Below are positions 20,258-31,538 of a stretch of 64,000 bases of DNA, one piece after another. The notes below the pieces were generated by a model. That model saw only the letters and a list, made by a program, of their open reading frames with translations, was not told the DNA's origin and made no database searches. The number at the start of each line of letters is the position of its first letter. The stretch's first letter is position 1. This stretch comes from Alphaproteobacteria bacterium (GTDB lineage Bacteria; Pseudomonadota; Alphaproteobacteria; MPNO01; UBA830): the NCBI GenBank assembly GCA_964291215.2, contig OZ219790.1, positions 1,216,001 to 1,280,000 of the forward strand, given 5' to 3'. Both the position numbers and the translations under genes were made by a program.

Positions 20258-23058
20258 AGATCGATCTCCTCTCCTCCACGACCTCGGCATCACGGGCCGC
20301 GAAGGGCGTGTCGCGAGTGCGCTGATCTTCGCCAGGATGATCCGCCAGCGAGCGCTGGCTGCGCCATAACAGCGCGACCGCGGAGCTTCCGGATCCGGAG
20401 GGCAAGGCGCGCAAGACGCTGTACCGCATCGGCGACCTGCGCCACCGGGCGGCCATCCGGAAAGAACTGTTCAACCACGAACGCGCGCTGCATCCCCGAC
20501 ACCATCGCCTTTTGCAACCTCACCAATGTTCACAGCCGCGCCGACGGCAAGCTGCCCCGCTTCGGGCGCTCGAAGCAGAAGCGCAATGATTGCCCCACGC
20601 TGGCGCTCGACGGCGCGGGCTTTCGGCGCAGTTGCGAGGTCTTGCGGGGCAACGTGGCCGGGCACGGATGCGCTGGCGAGGCTGGAGGCGGGCCCGGCGG
20701 CGAAGCCGACGGTAGTCATGGACGCCGGCACCGAGGCGAACATCGCGTGGCGAGCACGGCTGGATCGCGGGCGGCGCCAGGCCGCCCGAGGGTGGGCCCG
20801 AGGCTCTGCTGATCGATCAGCACCAACCACGAGGTGCAGGCGCCTTGCCAGCGAGGATGGCGCGGCTCTGCGTGGTCAGCGAGAGCAGGAAGAGGGCCGA
20901 GGACGCCATTCCTGGCCGCAGGGCTTCGAGGCGGCAAAGCTCCACCTCTCAGCCAAGGGCCGGCTCCACGACAAGGTGCCGGAGAGCGGTCTCAGGCAGC
21001 GCTTCTCCACCGTCGCCCAGCACTACGAGATCACCGTCGAGAAGGCCGGCGCCAACGCAACGGCCGTGCGCTTCAGCCACAGACGACAAGACAACGCGGG
21101 CGCCTGTGTGCTGCGCACCAGCGACCGGGGTATCGAGACCGTCCTCAGGACATGGATCACGGATATCGAAGCCACCTTCCGTTCATTGAAATCCGAGCCC
21201 GGATTGCGCCCGGCCAGCGCATCGCCGCCCACCTGTTGATCGCCGTACTCGCCGCGGTGCATCTGATCCCCGCACGGGGCGTCCACAAGTGCTGGACATC
21301 AATCCGCGAGAGCATGCGGAACCAGGGTCACCACGCGCCTGCGCCAAGGCGCATTGATCGTCAAACGACAGGACACGCACCGCCGAGGTTGCCGAAATCT
21401 CCTCGGCGGCTGGTGTCGAACCCGCCGCACGAGGAGCCGCCTCACAAGCTGACAGAATTCGTATCTACTCACCCCTAGTTGGGTTCTGATTGGTCGTAGT
21501 GCTCGTTGATGATGTCTGCGACTTTTCCGTCAAGGGCGATCTGGGTTGCGACGTGATGATTGTAGCCGAGTGCGGCCATGGAGGTGAGGTAGCTTGAGCC
21601 CCGGCACCATGCTTTTGCGTGGAGCGGAAGCATCCGGACACCTTGACCTTTGCCATCCTGATCTTCTGTTCTCCGGCATTGTTGGTGAAGCTGACATCGG
21701 GGTCGTCTGTAAAGCGCAGGTTTTCGTGTGTCACGAGACGTTCGTGCAGGTTGTGCGCGTCGGACTTGCGTCCACGTTTTCCTTTCAGCGGGATGTCGGG
21801 CAGTTCCTTGGCGCCCTGATGGTGCGGTAGCGCTTGCGCCCGGCCTCGTTCAGGGTCTTGGATGCGCTCTTGTTGACCTTGTGGCAGATCTCGCGGAGCA
21901 GGCTCTTCATCAGTCGCGCCCAGCGGTAGCCTCGACGACAAAGGTCAGTTCGCGCAGCAGGTGGCTGCCGCACAGCTGGTGGCTATACTGGCCCATGTAC
22001 GAGGCCCAGGACGCCCTTGTAGCACGGGCCGATCTCTTGCCCGCGCTTGCGGTGCGGGAACTTGCACGTCAGGATCCCACGACATGGAGCCACTTACTGT
22101 TGATCCGAAATCGTCGACATCGGGCGTTGCAGGAGGTGCGCCACGGCGGCCTCCTCCCATGACGCATCGTGAAAGCATAGCCGAGGCAGGTTGCCTCGGA
22201 GAGCTTGATGCCGGAGATCGCCTGCACGAGCGCGACGGCACGGCGCAGGGACAGCATCTGGGCGACCAGCAGGTTGATGACGAGAGCCTGGATGCCGATG
22301 CCGTACTGCACGGGATGTTGTCGGGGAACCGGCCCCGGGCCTTGCACTTCGGACATTCCTTGATCTCGGCGTCGACGCTCGACGACCTCGAACACGATGT
22401 CGTGCGGCGCTCCCGATCGACGGGGCCGTCGGCGCCGCAGGCGTCGCAGGCCGCGACCGTTTCCTCGACGATGGCAGGTTGTCGCCCATCTGCCGGTTCG
22501 GCTTCGGGCCGTTGCTCCCGGCACGCTCTTGTCCGTCTGTGACGGCGGCAGACCGGAGTTCCGGCTCGTGCGTGGTCTTCTCCAGAAGGACGACGATGAT
22601 GATGTCGAGTAGGATGACGAGGACGCGGATGACGGCCTCTTCCGCCACCTTACCGGCAGCGCCGCGGTCTTGGCCGCTTCGAACTCCTCGCGCGCCGCCC
22701 GTCGCCATCACCCGGCCTTGCGCTTCATCAGCGCGCCGCCTCCGAGATGCGTTTCCACATACAGATCATGCGGAGGCTGGAGCCCCGGAAGCAGCTGGCA
22801 TAGCCCGCTCGTCGCCTTCGATCCAAAGTAGCCCACTGGCGGTCCCCGTCGTTCTCGATTACCACCACTAAACGAATCGGCCTGCAGTGTCAAATCTCCA
22901 CGAAAACCCGTTCGTTGCTCTACCCCGACATCAAGCCGGAACCAGGGGGTGAGCAGTTACCAGAATTCAACAGAATGTAGTGCCATGTTGAAATCGGCCG
23001 ACAAAAAATCGCGCAACGGGATAAAAATTCCAGGCCGCAAAAAGTGTCAACTTGGGTT
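20258..23058 (+). mobile_element. IS1634-family element, heavily degenerate, with IS66 derivative nested near its 3' end
   Basis: Fragments 'ALIFARMI', 'NLTN', 'FGRSKQKRNDCP', 'VVMDAG', 'DIEATFRSLKSE.GLRP'; terminal 'TGTAGTGCCA...AACTTGGG'. Confidence 0.8.
21461..22960 (-). mobile_element. IS66-family (ISBst12-like) derivative: MTase 5' stub plus degenerate transposase
   Basis: IRs GTAACTGCTCACCCC / GTATCTACTCACCCC; perfect 8-bp TSD CAGAATTC; 'HQLCGSHLLREL', 'FTNNAGEQKIRMAKVK.SGCFRS'. Confidence 0.92.
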
Positions 23059-23272
23059 AAGGTCGCAACCAACATTTGGTGACAGGGCGGCGTAGTCGAA
23101 AGGGCTGGCTTGGTTACATTGGTAGGGTGCGCTATAAGCCGTATTCGTTCAGGCGGGCATGGCGACGGTTGAGGGCAGGTGGCGGAGCGATGGTGACAAG
23201 CGCTTCACGGATACGACAGCCTTGGCTGAGCAGTTCTGAGCCTCCTGTTTAACCTGAAATGGGAATAGAGAC

Positions 23273-24472
23273 CCCACTTCCAGTCTGAAGTGCAACATCC
23301 GCCCCTCATCGCAGTGAGGGCGTAGCCCGAACGGAGATGAGGGCCGGATGTTGTGCAAATTTTTCCCCTCTGCCCCTCTCGATTCCGCCCGGGAACAGCT
23401 TCAGTTCCTTCAACATCGAGCTTATGCAACGCCTTTGTCGGCTTCAAGCCACTATTTCGCCGTCGCGCGGCATAGACCCTGCTGCACGTTGCGGCTTCGG
23501 AACGCAGATGGTCAGGGCGGTTTCACTTCAAGATTACCTCCGTCGGCGATCCCGGGACTTTCCGAGTGTTGAGCCGATCCTGCACCTTCTGAACATCTTC
23601 GTTGCATGTCGCGCGAAAGGCCTTGCCCTTCGGGAAGTACTCCCGCACCAGGCCGTTGGTGTGCTCATTCAAGCCGCGCTCCCGGGAATGGAAAGGCGAT
23701 GAAGAAATCTGCGTCAAGTGCGACACGCCTGTGGTCTGCGAACTCCGTTGTCTGACGTGATTGTGTGGACCAATAGCGCACCAGAGCCGAGCAGGCGGAT
23801 CATGACCGAACCGACCGTGTCTTTCTGTCCACCCGTCCCGGCAAGGTGTATTTCGTGGCACGAGCGACACGACAGCTCCACTGTGAGCTTTGCCGATGAT
23901 GGCTCCCGGTCGCCGACCCGTTCCTTTGCCTCCGCAGGGCGCTCGGAAATGTCCACCCGGCCGGAATGGCATCCGCCCTTCCGGTTCGGCTTCTTGCCGC
24001 GCCGCCGAAGCTTCTTCCACAAGACGCCCCCAGCTCTCCGATCTTCGGCGATCATGGATCCGTTGCCGACCCACGGCCTTCCAGTCGAAAACGGCCGCTG
24101 CTCGGGGCCCTCCCGCAGCTTTTTCTGAGCTTCAACCCGAGGCGTCAACCGCCAAGAAACAGACGAGGCGACCCTGCGGCGCATTTCTGCCATCCTTTGC
24201 GCCTGCTTGTGACGGTAACCCCGTCCCCCGGTGTTGCGCTTGATCTCCCGGAAAATTGTTGATCGGCCCAGCTGCCGAGCAATCGCACCTTGTGAAAGAC
24301 CGCTTTTCTGCCTCAATCTGACATCGCTCTTCGTAGGTGACGGTAGCCTTTGGACATGAACAAGCTCCCTTCATCTTGTACAGGAACTCTCGCCGCTACC
24401 GCTCCGCAACATCATGCGTCTAAAAACACATAGCCACAGCCCATCATGTGTTGCGCTTCACTATGGAACGGG
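23273..24472 (-). mobile_element. IS30-family element, degenerate copy 1
   Basis: 'IARQLGRSTIFREIKRN', 'TITSDNG', 'ERGLNEHTNGLVREYFPKG'; IRs ..TTCCA.(A/T).TGAAG(T/C)GCAACA. Confidence 0.9.
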
Positions 24473-27400
24473 GGCTTGCATTGGGGTCCGAAACATCGAT
24501 AACTCGAATCCTGATTTTCCTTCTCTCCTCGGCAGACAAGATCGACGACAAGCGGTCTTCCAGTTCAAGGGGAGCAACCACCGGTGATCCTATCGCGGGT
24601 GGCGTGGGTCGGCAGTCTTCCGTGTCTCCAAACCAGAATACAAGATAGATGCCATGCCCGTCGGTTCCTGGATCGACGACGTAGCAAGCCATCAACTGGG
24701 ATCGGATCGCACTCCAGAGATCGCGATGGCAGCTCCTTTTGATTTCCACGGGGACATTGAAACCCGCACAAGAAACTTGAATGTCTGCTCGTTTGTCGTT
24801 AGCGTAGCACCCCTCCGGTTGAACTTCGATATCGAGGCGCATCAACCTGTTCCGCAGATCCGATAAGAGAGCGTCTCGGCACGCGTCCTCCGGGCGAGGA
24901 TTCTGTGGGCGGCTGTAATGGTCCACATTCCAGTATTGTTTCCAATCGGACGTATTACCGGCGCGAATGGTGCGCGCAATCTCGTTCAGGTGTTCCAGGG
25001 TCAACGCGGCGAGGTCCGCCACGTTTGCGGGTGCACCGCTGGCGAGGGTCTCAAGAACCCGAGCAGTATTGCTATAGGCGAATTCGGCTTCGCGACGGGC
25101 CGCTTTTTGTCGATACGCGGCGTCCATGAGAAGGGAATGCCAGGGACGCAGGTCGTTGTCGGACGACAAAGCTTCAAGAGCGAACGAGGCGTCTCCCGTC
25201 GTGATGCTCGCCAGTTGTTCTATGCAGTCTTGGACCCGATCGGCCGCAGTCATTTCCGACGTGACCATGATGCCTTCATCGGAATCCGCGTCATGAGAAT
25301 AGGGCCGGTAGGAGGTGCCGACGAGTTGGATCAGAAGTCGAAGCGCAGGCGCGCTCTGCCGGTACTTCAGATCGGGTGAAGTGCTGAATTGCCCGGTCAC
25401 CGCTTCCGCCAGGAAACGAATGCGGCGTTCTTTGCCAGCGACATAGGATTCTAGCGGTTCGACGTAAGACTCCGGTGCGACGCACAAGCCGGCGACCAGC
25501 CAGTGGACGCGCTGTGCCACGCTCATTCGGTGATCGGCGTGCTTCTCGTCGATCAATTCCCGAAGCGGTTCAATGTCGCAGTGGCGCCTGGCAGCCAGCA
25601 GCAAGTGATTCAGGCTCGACAACTGCCCGGATGCACAACGGGCGGGGAATTGCCCGAGCAGAGACATCGTGGCCAGGCGCGCAACGCGGGCATGGTCCGG
25701 AGAATATGCCAATTCGTGGATGCCTGTAGGAGATTCCGCGCCCTTGCGCAGTTTAGAGAGAACGGACCGTACGAGCACTTCGGCGGCGATCTCGGGGCGG
25801 TCGGAAAGCGTCCAGGCAAACCAGCGAGGCGGACGATCGGCAGAGTGCCGGGCAGTGGGCCACATAGGCACGGTGTAGTGAACCGCTAGGGCGAGCCGCA
25901 AGCGCTGGCGATCTATGCCGATCTCGCCGGATGGCGCAATTTTCGCCATTTCCTCCAAGCCCGCCATGAATGGCAGCGCGAGATAGTGCGTCCGGTTCGC
26001 GATTCCGAGGCGTATGACCCTCGTGTCCGAAGGTAAATCGTCCCGGTCGATGGTATTGCGAAACCCGGACAGGACGGCGTCGACCAAGTTTTCGTCACCG
26101 GCGAGGAGAGCGTTCAGTCTGTCTCTCGGTGAATTGCCGCGAACGTTGAGGTATCCACCGAAATACACCTTGGCGAGTTCGTACAGAAGCTTGGGGTTTG
26201 CCATATTTCCGCGCAGTTCGTCCTCGTACGGCTTTACATGGTCGTGCCAGTCCGGCCGCTCGGTTCGCGACCGAGCCTGCGAGCGGGGTTTGAATCTGTC
26301 CCCGTCAAAAGTTGGGGCTTCAAGCTCAACCATTATCTTTTCAAACGCATCGCTGAGACGGGCGAAGCCGACCAGGCGTCTCGAGACAGCCTCGCGGGAA
26401 AGGCCCTCGTCGAAACGGCCGTAGTGCAGGCTTTCCGCAACTTCGCCGATCAGCCACTCGGTGATGATCCGGTTCTTGGCAGCGACTGCTTGGTCAAGGC
26501 ACCACATTCCGAAATCCCGGGGCCGTGCGGCACCCAAGAGCCTGCCACGTTCTTCTTCGCGCATGCATCTGTAGAACCAGTAGGGCTCCGTGCAGTCAGG
26601 CCGTTCGCCGCAACGCTCCAGGCTCATCTTCAGCAAGGTTTTCCACGCGTCGGGGCGGCTTTCAAGCCACCTGCGAATCTCTCGTGATTCTTCGCGGCCG
26701 ATATCCGGATCGTACGTCCAGTCGCCTGCCTTGGCGGCTGGTTCCAACCAATGGAACAAGCGGGTCAAGTCCACCTCGTCCCCCGATAGCAGAAGAAACC
26801 GGGCCAACAGGTTCGAGGGCAGGCAACCTATGAAGAAAGTGGGCAGTCCATGCGCCCTCTCATCCGCGAGCAAATCATCGTAGCGTTCCACGATTTGGTC
26901 GAGGAGCGTGGCGAGCTGGCGTCGTGTCGATCTCTTGGGAAGTTGTCCGTTCCAGAAATAGTCGTACTCGGGGCTGTGGTTGGGTCTTTGCGGGACCCTG
27001 AGATATCGAATGACCTCGGTTTCCGATATCGCTTCAGGGTATATCTTGGACAGCAGGCGGCCGAGCAGAGCGTCGTCGGAATCGGGCACCCTGCCGGCAT
27101 AAACGTCAGCAGTCAGCTCTTTCAGCTCGGTGAGAGCCTGGGTGTGATCCCGGTGATGCCGCACGAACAGGTACACGGCGCGATCCCGAATCCTTGGCCA
27201 ACGTGTGCCGTCACGGATTAGCTCTTTCAGCGGATCGACAAGGCGTGGAATCGGTTCGCCATGCCAAAGGGCTTCGAGCAAGATAACGACGAACGATTGC
27301 CACGAATCCTTCCGCGCCGGAGCGGTTAGAATCTTTAGAATCTGGTTCTCCATGTCGGAGGACACAAGATCGCCGAGCCGCGAATCCAGCTGGACGGTGG

Positions 27401-28610
27401 TAATCAAGCGGGGGTTCGCTGCAGTTTGCCGTTTGAGACCATCCAGAAGCAGGCGTTTTTCTTCTGGCGAGAAGTGTTGGGCGTCTCCGTAAAGGACAAT
27501 TCCAAGAGGATCGCGCGGAATTACCTCCGCTCGGCTGGATCTGCTGTGTGCTGCGAGCCATGCGGAAAGACCGCGCAGTTCGGAGACCACCACGCCATCG
27601 TATCCGGTGATTAGAGCGAGAATGCGCCCGATCGGCAGCCCGTTCTCGACAAGAGCGGCCAAGTACCTGGCGGCGAGAAACTCCGCGACCTGCCGGTGAA
27701 CGGGAACTATGCGGCGCTCTGTGGGAGATTCGAACAGTTTGGATTCCAGGCTTCGGCGGAGAATCTCCCGTTCGGTTCCCTGAAGCCGATCAAGTTCGAG
27801 GAAATGCTGATCGCTCTTCGCACCCGGCAGTGCGTACCCCGCGGCACCAGTCAGAAGCTGCACTGCGCAAAGCCTCCCGCTGGCCTCGATGAGATCGGCG
27901 ATGGCGCCCGGATCCAGACTGGATATGCGATGTTCTTCATTGTGCTCTGCAAGCAGAGTTCGGCATGCCATGTCGAATGCCTGCGTTCTGGTCTCGGGCC
28001 AGCCACTGGCGGCTCCGACCGCAACCGCGAGCATTTTGAGGCTCTGTGGATTGACCAGTAGTTCGTGGAGGCCCTTCTCTTGGGCCGCCGCGACAAAATC
28101 CTCCGGATCATCGATCCTCAGAACACCGCGTAGAAATTGGTGGATATCTTGTTCGGACAGCGGATCGAGGCGGAGCACCTTGACGGCTCCGCTGGGTGAT
28201 ACCTGTTTGAGATGATCCTTGTCATTGGCTCCGAACCAATCAGCCTCACGACACGACAGGCGAAAACGGGGACGGCCCATTCGGTCAAGTTTGGCACGGA
28301 TACGGTCGAATGGAGTACGCCCGTCGGTGGTTCCGGTCCGTGTCTCGTCGAGCCCATCGATGAAGAGAGTCGTATCGTGCCACTCGGCCCGGTCGTCGAA
28401 GGTGAGGAAATCGCGCGCAGTGACACAATGCCCGCCTTGGCGTTCCACCAGATGCTTGAAAATGGTGGTCTTGCCGGAGCCTGGAGGACCAAGAAGCACA
28501 TAGGCCGCCTCGTCCTTCCAATCCTCAACAGGTCGGGACGAAATATGCGTAGGGTCACGGGAGTCGCGCTCGCCGATGTCGTGGCATGTCCGTCGAACAG
28601 TGCACGTCAT
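24444..28610 (-). CDS. Large NACHT-like STAND NTPase with putative C-terminal PD-(D/E)xK nuclease domain
   Basis: Walker A GPPGSGKT, Walker B LFIDGLDE, 'SCR', 'HRQVAEFLAA', long helical region, C-terminal 'RADIQV...VPVEIK'. Confidence 0.8.
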   Translation of the reverse strand: MTCTVRRTCHDIGERDSRDPTHISSRPVEDWKDEAAYVLLGPPGSGKTTIFKHLVERQGGHCVTARDFLTFDDRAEWHDTTLFIDGLDETRTGTTDGRTPFDRIRAKLDRMGRPRFRLSCREADWFGANDKDHLKQVSPSGAVKVLRLDPLSEQDIHQFLRGVLRIDDPEDFVAAAQEKGLHELLVNPQSLKMLAVAVGAASGWPETRTQAFDMACRTLLAEHNEEHRISSLDPGAIADLIEASGRLCAVQLLTGAAGYALPGAKSDQHFLELDRLQGTEREILRRSLESKLFESPTERRIVPVHRQVAEFLAARYLAALVENGLPIGRILALITGYDGVVVSELRGLSAWLAAHSRSSRAEVIPRDPLGIVLYGDAQHFSPEEKRLLLDGLKRQTAANPRLITTVQLDSRLGDLVSSDMENQILKILTAPARKDSWQSFVVILLEALWHGEPIPRLVDPLKELIRDGTRWPRIRDRAVYLFVRHHRDHTQALTELKELTADVYAGRVPDSDDALLGRLLSKIYPEAISETEVIRYLRVPQRPNHSPEYDYFWNGQLPKRSTRRQLATLLDQIVERYDDLLADERAHGLPTFFIGCLPSNLLARFLLLSGDEVDLTRLFHWLEPAAKAGDWTYDPDIGREESREIRRWLESRPDAWKTLLKMSLERCGERPDCTEPYWFYRCMREEERGRLLGAARPRDFGMWCLDQAVAAKNRIITEWLIGEVAESLHYGRFDEGLSREAVSRRLVGFARLSDAFEKIMVELEAPTFDGDRFKPRSQARSRTERPDWHDHVKPYEDELRGNMANPKLLYELAKVYFGGYLNVRGNSPRDRLNALLAGDENLVDAVLSGFRNTIDRDDLPSDTRVIRLGIANRTHYLALPFMAGLEEMAKIAPSGEIGIDRQRLRLALAVHYTVPMWPTARHSADRPPRWFAWTLSDRPEIAAEVLVRSVLSKLRKGAESPTGIHELAYSPDHARVARLATMSLLGQFPARCASGQLSSLNHLLLAARRHCDIEPLRELIDEKHADHRMSVAQRVHWLVAGLCVAPESYVEPLESYVAGKERRIRFLAEAVTGQFSTSPDLKYRQSAPALRLLIQLVGTSYRPYSHDADSDEGIMVTSEMTAADRVQDCIEQLASITTGDASFALEALSSDNDLRPWHSLLMDAAYRQKAARREAEFAYSNTARVLETLASGAPANVADLAALTLEHLNEIARTIRAGNTSDWKQYWNVDHYSRPQNPRPEDACRDALLSDLRNRLMRLDIEVQPEGCYANDKRADIQVSCAGFNVPVEIKRSCHRDLWSAIRSQLMACYVVDPGTDGHGIYLVFWFGDTEDCRPTPPAIGSPVVAPLELEDRLSSILSAEERRKIRIRVIDVSDPNASPRSIVKRNT

Positions 28611-29883
28611 GGGTTGTCGAACCATTCCCATGCCTGTGTTGAAAGAAACTCGGAAACAGGAAGTCCTCCCTCGCCGATGACAATGGTTGCCTGGGCGTCG
28701 AAGCGCTCCGCAAATCGTTCGAGCCCGCTTGTCCTTGGCTTACGCGCGCCGCTCTTCACCTCGAAGGCAACCAGTCTGCGACCGCGTGTCAGAACGAAAT
28801 CCACTTCGGAGCCGTTCTCTCGCCAATAGTACAGACCGTGTGCTGGTGTGCCCGTATTGAACAGGTGCGCCCCCACCGCGCTTTCGACAAGGCGTCCCCA
28901 ATAGCTGCGGTCGGCCTTTGCTTCCTCGAACGTGTATCCCGATGCAACGGCCATGAGTGCGGTGTTGAGAACATTGAGCTTGGGGTTGGAGGATCTCCGC
29001 CGATGGGCCCCGGCGGCGTATTTGGTGAGACCAGCAATCAGACCTGCATTGGACAAAAGGTCCATGTAGCGCGCCAGGGTGGTCGTGTTGCCGGCGTCCT
29101 GAAGCTGGCCACGCATCTTGTTGTACGAAAGGATCTGCCCGGAATACTCGGCGCCGAGCTGGAACAGCCGCTTCAGCAAAGCCGGCTTGTCGACCCGCTG
29201 CAAGGCGAGAATGTCTCGCTCAATGTTGGGTTCGACCAGCGCCTCGGCTATGTAAGCGCGCCATCGGCTCTGCTCGGGAACGAACGGGGCGCCTCCCGGA
29301 TAACCCCGAAGTATACGTAGCGTTGGAGATCGAAGCCAAATGCTGCCGACATTTCGGCGAACGACCAATGCATCAGGCGTACGGTCTCGTACCTGCCGGC
29401 AAAGCTCTCGCTCATTCCCTGCTGCATGAGCAATGGGGCGGAGCCAAGTAGAATGACGTGTAGGGGCCGATCAAGCCGCCGATCGGCATCCCATAGCCCC
29501 TTGACCGTCTCCGACCAGTTCGGGATTTTCTGAATCTCATCGATCGCCAGAACGAGGCCCCGATCGGCACTTTCGGCCGCCAACCGAGCCTGTTCCCACT
29601 GCATGATCAGCCATCGCGCGTCTCTTGAGCCGTCCAGCGGGGCCGATTGCGGTTCCGCGAACTGGAGCTGAGAACTGCCCAAGTCTGGACTTGGGGGGAG
29701 AATCGCAGGATCCGGTTCATCGACAGACACATACCGAGAAGGAGCGTCCAGCTGTCTGAGGACTTGGTCAACCAGTGTGGTCTTGCCCGTTTGGCGCGGA
29801 CCGGTCACGATTGTGAGACGCTGAGGCTTTTCGCTCAGGCGATTGAATAGCGTGGAAATCTGGGCTCGTTCATAGGCTGGCAT
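28607..29883 (-). pseudogene. AAA_14 ATPase-DUF4143 protein, single frameshift near 29305
   Basis: 'GPRQTGKTT', 'IDEIQ', 'ESFAGR' in one frame; 'GYPG', 'GRLVESAVG', 'YYWR...EVDFV...AFEVK' in the next; frame change at TTCGGGGTTAT. Confidence 0.85.
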
Positions 29884-29889
29884 AGAGCC

Positions 29890-29919
29890 ATTCTACAGCA
29901 TTGAGTAAATTTACTCAAT
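29890..29919 (-). promoter_or_regulatory. Sigma70-type leaderless promoter with operator palindrome
   Basis: Minus strand TTGAGT-17 nt-TAGAAT-6 nt-ATG; perfect 20-bp palindrome ATTGAGTAAATTTACTCAAT at 29900-29919. Confidence 0.7.
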
Positions 29920-30280
29920 AAGTACGAGCATTGGTCGACTCAATGAATTTCGATGCTCGTGGCGACGCAAGCTACTCCATGGCATGGCCTTCCCGACAGG
30001 GCGGGCCATGTTCTTCTGGCCGAAGGCAGCGAACCGGTGCATCAGCGGTTGCGCACACCGCCTGTTGTTCGACCCGGCCGCCTGACCTCTCCGAACGAAA
30101 GCAAATCAACAGGCTGACGCGCCGGTCAGCAACGAATCTGTGTGCAGACCGACAGAGAGGCGGCGCATGCGCCACATACAGACGACTGAGCCTCTTGCAA
30201 AAATCGAATTTTTTGCGGGGGTACTGTAACTTGATGTCTGGAAATTTGTCTGAGGTTTGCGCTTTGAGGCGTTTCAGGCG

Positions 30281-30766
30281 ATGGTGGTGTGCAGGGCAAT
30301 CTCGCCCGATCTCGACTCCGTCCGGAGTTTTACCGTCACATCCGACGCGCTCACCGGCGACAGGAAGGACCGCGAAGATGGGACAACCCTCGGGAAGGAC
30401 GGCACGCTCGGGTGGCGGGACGGGAGACGGCCGGACGCGCTCGTCCTGCCCGCCGACCTCGACCGCTCGCTGCGCCATCTCGACGACGCGGACCTCGACC
30501 GGCTGGTCGAAGCGGCAACAGCCGAGGCCCGCAGGCGCGGGCGGCAGGCCGGCAAGACGTCTGGAGGAAGGGCGCATGCCAAGCCCGCGTCGGTGACGCA
30601 GGGGCAGGAAAAGCCGATTCTTGCCGCCTTCGAGGCTGGCCTCAAACCCGTGGCGATCGCGCGGGAGTTCCGCCTCTCGCGCATTCGGGTCGACAGCGTG
30701 CTGGCCGGCGTCGGACAAGGCCGCCGATCGAGCACCTTCGCTGCGGCGAAGTCGGCGTTCCCTTGA
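30281..30766 (+). CDS. Small HTH-like hypothetical protein; 3' end runs into IS630
   Basis: 'VLPADLDRSLRHLDDADLDRL', 'AAFEAGLKPVAIAREFRLSR' HTH-like; start uncertain. Confidence 0.5.
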   Translation: MVVCRAISPDLDSVRSFTVTSDALTGDRKDREDGTTLGKDGTLGWRDGRRPDALVLPADLDRSLRHLDDADLDRLVEAATAEARRRGRQAGKTSGGRAHAKPASVTQGQEKPILAAFEAGLKPVAIAREFRLSRIRVDSVLAGVGQGRRSSTFAAAKSAFP

Positions 30767-31284
30767 GGAGGAATCACCCACCCGCTGCCATGGCTTGAGG
30801 CAGTTTTTTTTAGAACACGCCGCACCGTCTCGTGTGACACGGTGTAACCAAGCTCGACAACGCGGTCGGCCAGCAGCCGCAACGACCATTGCGCGTAACC
30901 CTCAGGCGGTTCACCACAACTCAGGGCCACCAAGCGCGCCTCGAAGACGCCGTCGGCTTTTCGCATATAGGTAGGACGGCGCCGGCCACCCAATGCCGCC
31001 TCCAGCCCCTCGAAACGCTTCTTTACTCGGTCTACTTTGCGCATGCTGATGCGCAGAATCTCGGCAATGACCTTCCCGGTCATCTGGCATTCATTGAACG
31101 CGCCCTCGTCGCAGTTAAGCAGGGCGTTGATTACCTTTTGCGACAGGTGCGAGCCCTTGATCTCCGAAAGTTCTGCCCGTTCGTCCAGGGTCACCACGTA
31201 GCGTTTCATACTCCGACCTCCATCCCGAATGGACGGACAGTCTAGCACCAAATGTACGACATATCATTGCTGACATAACACTAG
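30728..31284 (-). mobile_element. IS630-family element, truncated copy 2 (5' half)
   Basis: Inverted match to 10089-10690 including left IR at CTAG 31281-31284. Confidence 0.9.
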
Positions 31285-31505
31285 CGTGGGATCGCCGTGC
31301 GTTCCCACATGACGGGGTTGCACTCGGCTGCTGTGCGAGCTATACGTACATGCGATATGGCAGGATTGTGGTCGGCGCATGTGGCCGCAAACCTGTTGTA
31401 CGGGAGGTTGAAGGCATGACCGAGACATCAGGGGATGTTGTGATGCGCGGACTGCCGTGGTCGTTCGGCTACAACGTGAGTGCCTCACGCGCGCGCGACC
31501 TTCGT

Positions 31506-31538
<33 letters not shown>

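Noticed and set aside
24444-24472. STAND gene stop codon lies inside the IS30 end
   Set aside because: The protein appears complete through 'VIDVS'; only a few terminal residues are replaced, probably neutral.
30274-31251. Apparent 325-aa transposase fusion
   Set aside because: Read-through from a truncated IS630 into the antisense strand of the HTH gene.
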